Of a stretch of DNA of 64,000 nt, positions 58,289 through 64,000 are shown piece after piece. The stretch spans positions 344,286,001 to 344,350,000 of the forward strand of contig OZ024741.1 of NCBI GenBank assembly GCA_964016885.1. The letters are read 5' to 3'. Position 1 is the stretch's first letter; the number at the start of each line of letters is the position of its first letter. A program made the translations under genes and the position numbers. Under the pieces are notes generated by a model. It saw nothing but the letters and a program-made list of their open reading frames with translations. It was not told where the DNA came from and made no database searches. The stretch comes from Eledone cirrhosa (taxonomy: Eukaryota).

Positions 58289-61200
58289 TCAGCTCAAAGC
58301 TTCATTATAGACAATATTCTGGGTTGTTCCTCTGTTAGTGGTATCAATTGCAAATTGTATACCATCAGGATCGCACACTCGAGATGCAGCAACATACAGT
58401 TGCCCATGGCTGAATGCTGGATCATTCAAGTAGACACCGACTCGCTTGAAAGTCTGTCCCTGTGCCTTGTTGACAGTCATGGAAAAGGCCAAATTGACGG
58501 GAAACTGTCTCCTTTTCCAAATGAATGGCAGCAGATCACTTGGTCTCAGCATGATCCTCGGAATGAGAACCGATTCCTCTCTGTCTTGGAGTTTAGCTTC
58601 TAAAACTCTTCCGTTAATCAATCTCTCAACAATCAATCTGGTACCATTGCAAAGACCCATTGTATGATTGATATTTCTAAGCAATATAATCGGCATACCT
58701 TTTTTCAACCTCAAAATATGTGGGGGAAATCCGGGTATTTGAAGTGAATTCAGATACTCAGTCGGAACATCCATATTGTTCTGCGGATTAGGCTCCATTG
58801 CATCCGCACTGACGGTCAACCATTCCTCTCCAGGAAACATTCCGGCTACTTGTGAATTTATTTCATCGACCGTTGCATTCGTATGAGTTAGAATAACGCG
58901 TTCCGATATCCAGGAGATATTCTGCCAAAAAGCATTCAAATTAGGGAACACCCAGTCAATCAATGCTTGGCGGTCCAGTGGCATGACCAAATTATCTGGG
59001 ATTCTTACAGTCTGATTATCACCAACGTGTGGAAATTCATCGTTTCCCAACTGCATCAACCATCGGCCGTATGTCTCAGCCTCTTCGTTTTGCCCGAACA
59101 TACGAAGTCGCATATTATCGTGTAATCGCAAAACTCTGGGGACTTTTTCAGACATGCATCGACAATTTGCGCTCATTGAGCATTCCTAACAATTGGTGGC
59201 ACCTGTCTGAAATCGCCATCAAGAACGATAGTCTTACCACCGAATGGCAGGTCACTACCGCAGATATCTCTCAAAGTTCTGTCCAATGCCTCCAGCAAAT
59301 ATCTGTGTGCCACTGGAGCCTCGTCCCAAATAATCAGAGACGTATTGCGTATAAGGCCCGCGAGTTCACTTTGTCCTGTAATGTTACAGACACTCAACTC
59401 ATCCGGAGCCAATGGAGCCTTGAAGCATGAGTGGAAGGTCCTTCTACCAGTCAGCAAAGTGGCAGCGATCCCACTGGTGGCAACAGGGAGAGCAATCTTC
59501 CTCTGAGCTCTGACTGCCGATAACATAGTGTTGAAACAGAATGTCTTTCCGGTGCCTCCTGGAGCATCTATGAAAGAACAAAGTTGCTCATTAGTGGAAA
59601 TCGAGTGGAGTATGCCATCGACCAATTCTCTCTGAGATTGGGTCAACATTGGCATACGTTCATCCACAATACGTTGCTGTTCCAGTGGATCAAACTGGAA
59701 TAGTTCCCTTCGATCGAGTGGCAACCGTCTAAGCTGCAATCTCATGTTCAATGCTAAGACACGTTGCCGCATTTCTTCATCAGGAATTGGCAAATTGAAA
59801 TCTGTTAAACATTTGAAATGAACTTCAAGCAGTTGCTCAATATTGAGCAAAACAATAGCTTTCATCAAATTTTCATCATCGACCTGAAGATGATGCCTAA
59901 AATCATCAGCCATAATTCCCCAATGGCGTTCAAATAACTCTCTTGGATCGGCAGGATTGCAGAATCCTAGAATCGTGACAAACAACTGCCTTATTTGAGC
60001 TGGCATCTGTGTTGTTCCTGCAGCTTCCATGGCGTTATTCCATTCAGCGTCATCCTGAAACAGTCCCAGATGCTGACACACAGCCTGGTATGTTTCATAT
60101 TCCACGCCATTGATTGTTTTCAAATCAGCGAAGCTCTGTTTACCTCTCGAAAAATCATTATGCAACAGAATTCGGAGATAAAACACATCACCAGATGCTG
60201 GATGGACATTACAAACCCGTCCAATAGTCATGAATCTCAACTTTTGTTTTCTATCATTCCATTTCTTTCCCTTCTTATCCCACGTATAGTGCGAAGGAAA
60301 ATCGCAGTAGAGTTGCCTTTGATCCGGGTTAAAAGTATGTTCCCTATTATGCTTTAACCACTCAGTCAATTCCGTCTTAGGAGGTGGTGCGTTAGCAATT
60401 CTTTCGACACCTCTTCTAGTGTCCTGGAAACAGACCATTTGCCTATTCTCGAAGTGAACCGTCAGTTTCTGAACGCTGGGTTTGCGTTCATTGAGATCAA
60501 AACCGAACAATCTCCAGCAAGCTTCGCTAGATCCAATCGAGCGAACATCCTGGAACCTGCCAACTTCATCTCCTTGGTTCGCTTCCTCATTCCTGACATT
60601 GATCATTGCCCGATCTTGACCTTTGTAAACATATTTGAATAGATATTTGCAAGCTTTCACTGAGCTACAAATTTCCACATTAATATGACAACGATATTTC
60701 ATAATCAAATATGGATTGTATGGCACAACCCATTGATTTGTAACCTGTCGACCGTTTACATTTTCGACCAAATTGCCATCTGCAGGCGACCGTCTTCTGT
60801 ATGAGGGATGAGCATCCCCATCGTTCCAGGAAGTGTTCGTGACAAAAGATTTCGGAAAGTGCTTACTGCATTGGCCATTTTTCATGCAAGGTGCTTTCCG
60901 ATCTGCCACTCCGCATTGGTTGTGCACCATTGACTTTGCCACAAAGTTGCGTAGTACCTCATTCTCCTGCAGTTCAGCACACACAATGCTGTCGACATCC
61001 TCAGCACATCTCAATTTGCAATCTCTATGTAAAATGATCAGCAAATGTGCATGTGGCAATCCTCTTTTTTTGGAATTCAATTACGTATGTAAAAGCAACT
61101 ATACCTCCAAAGATTCCCTCTTTTTCCACATCATCCATTACTTTTTCAGATATCCTTTGAATACTCTTGCCACAATATCAGGACGGTCCTTTGGCTGTTG

Positions 61201-62818
61201 TCCTGGCAAAAGTGCATCCTTAATATCAGTCCATTCAGGATTGCATGTAACTGTTATAAACAAATCTGGTTTTCCAAACTTTCTTACAATAGCCATTGCA
61301 TCCTGATAGCGAATGTTCATATATCTCGGGCCGCCGATGAATGACGATGGTAAAATGATGCGTCGACCAATTTGCTTGTAATTGGCATCATCGGCTCTTA
61401 TCGCATGCTGTATATTATTATACAATTCAGCTCTGATATGTTGCTGATGTGTAGCTATATAATTTAGCCTTTGATTTTCGATCTTTGCGAATGCCATACA
61501 TCAGTATTCCTGGAGCAATCTGCTGGCTTGAAATAGTGCATTTCTCTGTTGATTCCTCTCGTTCAAATGGAACGCGTAAAAGTCGCGAATCGAATTATTG
61601 TGTCTATTGCCACCTCCCTGTTGAAGCTGATTCTCATGATCATCTAAATGAACAGACATGTTCCATCCATTTTCACCTTTTGGGAATAAAAGAACATAAT
61701 GCAATGGATCGTATGTCCTATTTGACTCATGATAGTCTTGAGACCACCATCTCTGCGATTGAGGACGATATCTCTCGATCCAGGCTTATCGTCCATCAAC
61801 ACAGCAACTTCACGAAATCCTTCAGGGGCATTATATCGCCGTTCGTGTTGATTCCTTGGCACTGCGTCAGCCTTAATCACCAATGTTTGCTGCTGAACAT
61901 TTTGCAGTTCAGCCACCAACATGAAATCCATAACAAGGATTACACTGTCTAAGCCATGATTGCAAATCACGAATCAAATCACTTACCCTTTGCCGTTCAA
62001 GTTCAGTTATATTCCCGGCAACTTCATCCAAACCGATCCTGATATCCTCCTCCGATTCACTATAATCTGGTCGTTAAACTAAATTTGAGCGAATCGAGGC
62101 CTTTCTCCTGGGGTAACTTCTAAATTACCGATACAATGATACAGACGGCGTTGAATGACTACATTCGGTTGCCATGCTCCACTCTCAAACATCTCACTAA
62201 CTCTCTGCGATGCTAAAGCTAATGAATTATTAATTTGCCGCGAATATTTGCGCAGTAATCTACCTCGGTCTCCTTGATCACCCCACATACTTAGTATTTT
62301 AAACTCCGGTGACTCCTCATCACCCGCATTCGCAAGGGTTCTAGTTGAAATGCTCCTTCATGACAGCACATTGTGGTCCACGTCTTTTAGTGCCTCCAAA
62401 GTAATGCTCCACAATGTGGACACTCTGCTCGTCCACCAATCTGAAAATGACACGGTTGCCATGATCCATTTTTAATATCATTCGTTCGCCCTCTAGACTC
62501 TTTACTGGAATAAGGAGCACTTTGGCGACACATTCTCTGAACTTCTGTATTGCGCTGGCGCTTTTCAGCCAGCTCCTCTTCATCCATCGCAGCACGCCGT
62601 TGCTGCTAAATTCTGGCCATCTGCTGATGATGCTCAGCCAGTTCGTCTTCAACCATCGCAGCACGCCGTCGCTGCTTGGCTACAGTGTTTCGTTGGCGTT
62701 ATTCAGCCAGCTCCTCTTCATTCATGGCGGCACGTCTTCGCCTCTTAAGTTCGGCATTCTGATGGCGCTGTTCGGCCCGTTTTTCTTCATTCCTGGCTGC
62801 AGGCCGTCGCCGCTGTAG
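58289..62818 (-). pseudogene. Helitron RepHel (HUH Rep plus Pif1-family helicase), several frameshifts
   Basis: CPHCGALLW, DLFITVTCNPEW, KRGLPHAH, KYLFKY, DAPGGTGKT, IIWDEAP, GDFRQ, RRQFPV..TVNKAQGQT, HGQLYVAASRV. Confidence 0.95.
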
Positions 62819-63430
62819 TTCACTGTTTGATAAAGTCGAATTGCTTTTATTATCAGTATTCATTTCGAGCAATTGTCAAAATATGACACAATAATAAATA
62901 TAAAAGATGTCCGTCAATGTAAAGAAAGGTCCCTATTTGCTCCCTTCACAACTCTGTGTATGTTAGACTAACAGAAAGGCACACAGACAGATAAACTGCG
63001 TGGCGATTGTGGAACGCCACACACATACACGCATGGAAACACGCACATGCACGAAAACTTACACACGCACACACTCACACATGTTGACAGTTTTTACTTT
63101 CTGTGGAACGCTGCACGCACGCACACAAACATAAACATACGCGCAAGTACATACACACGCACACATGTTAATTGTTATTGAACACATCGTTCACACTCTC
63201 CCCTCTCACTCCCTCATTGGCATTATGCATATTAATTTCAGCTTGGCGTCGTTGAGGTGGGCAGAGTCGTTTGAAACCTATGAACCAATGATAATCGAGA
63301 ATTATGACACACGGAATACTGACGTTCTTGAAATTAATATATATATATATCCAGGAGATTCCAACCAGAATGGTTGAATTTTTTAAGGGTATGTCAATAT
63401 TTATTTATTTATAAAACTAACCTATATTAT

Positions 63431-63494
63431 ATTTTATCTGATGAAAGCGCACCATAGTTTGCCTTGGTGACCCTTGAAATATGCATAATGAAAT
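63431..63494 (+). ncRNA. Hammerhead family F, third copy (element about 63370-63605)
   Basis: ATTTTAT-CTGATGA-AAG.CACCA..TGGTG.CTT-GAAA-TATGCA-TA-ATGAAAT. Confidence 0.8.
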
Positions 63495-64000
63495 AAATAT
63501 GGTTTTATAAATATAGTTTCCATTTGTTAATATATTGTATATTTACTCCAATAATTTGTTGAGTGCTTTATATCAGTTATAAAAATATTTTGCTTGTTGT
63601 ATCCCAAATTAAATATAACCTCTACATATATATATATATATTAATGACAAAGCTAGTAAATCATGAATGCATTTGAGATGATTAGTGCATAATAGTGAAT
63701 TGGTGAAACTTGTGCATTTCAATGGTGTTACAACAATAGATGTAAGTTATATAGAAGTAATACTTTATCATTTTAACTTTTTAGAATGGACAAAAACCCA
63801 TGCAAAGAAATGACTTTGACTGCAGTGATTCTCTCCAATTTACTTACAAAGCAAAACGTGGTCAAATACCTTATCATCTCTGATAAAATGCCCATTGAAT
63901 CACTGAAAATCGGATGCATGGAATTCCTCATAAAATGCACCTATGAATCGGAAGCCATCACATATATCAATGGATATAGGGAGTTGTTCACACTGGAAGA

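Overview
AT-rich, microsatellite-laden eukaryotic non-coding DNA. The SINE and repeat content suggests a cephalopod (octopus-like) genome, which is an inference. I see no host-gene exons, and almost all listed ORFs are microsatellite artefacts. The real coding remnants all come from transposons: R4/Dong-like RLE LINE pieces at a (TAA)n tract, five Penelope-like element (PLE) RT/GIY-YIG remnants, a 5'-truncated RTE LINE with three C2H2 fingers, a CRE-type fragment and a frameshifted Helitron Rep/Pif1. There are also about 15 tRNA-derived SINEs and several non-autonomous Helitrons. The standout feature is a dense set of short palindromic or inverted-repeat elements from many unrelated families, set mostly in (TA)n. 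Each arm carries a type I hammerhead ribozyme (HHR) with a palindromic stem III, and the pairs I could read always point outward. Several have compensatory U3-A8 cores or very long stem II helices, and some are physically linked to PLE GIY-YIG ORFs. An RTE-derived non-autonomous element also begins with a twister-ribozyme-like fold. All RNA structures were read by eye, not computed.
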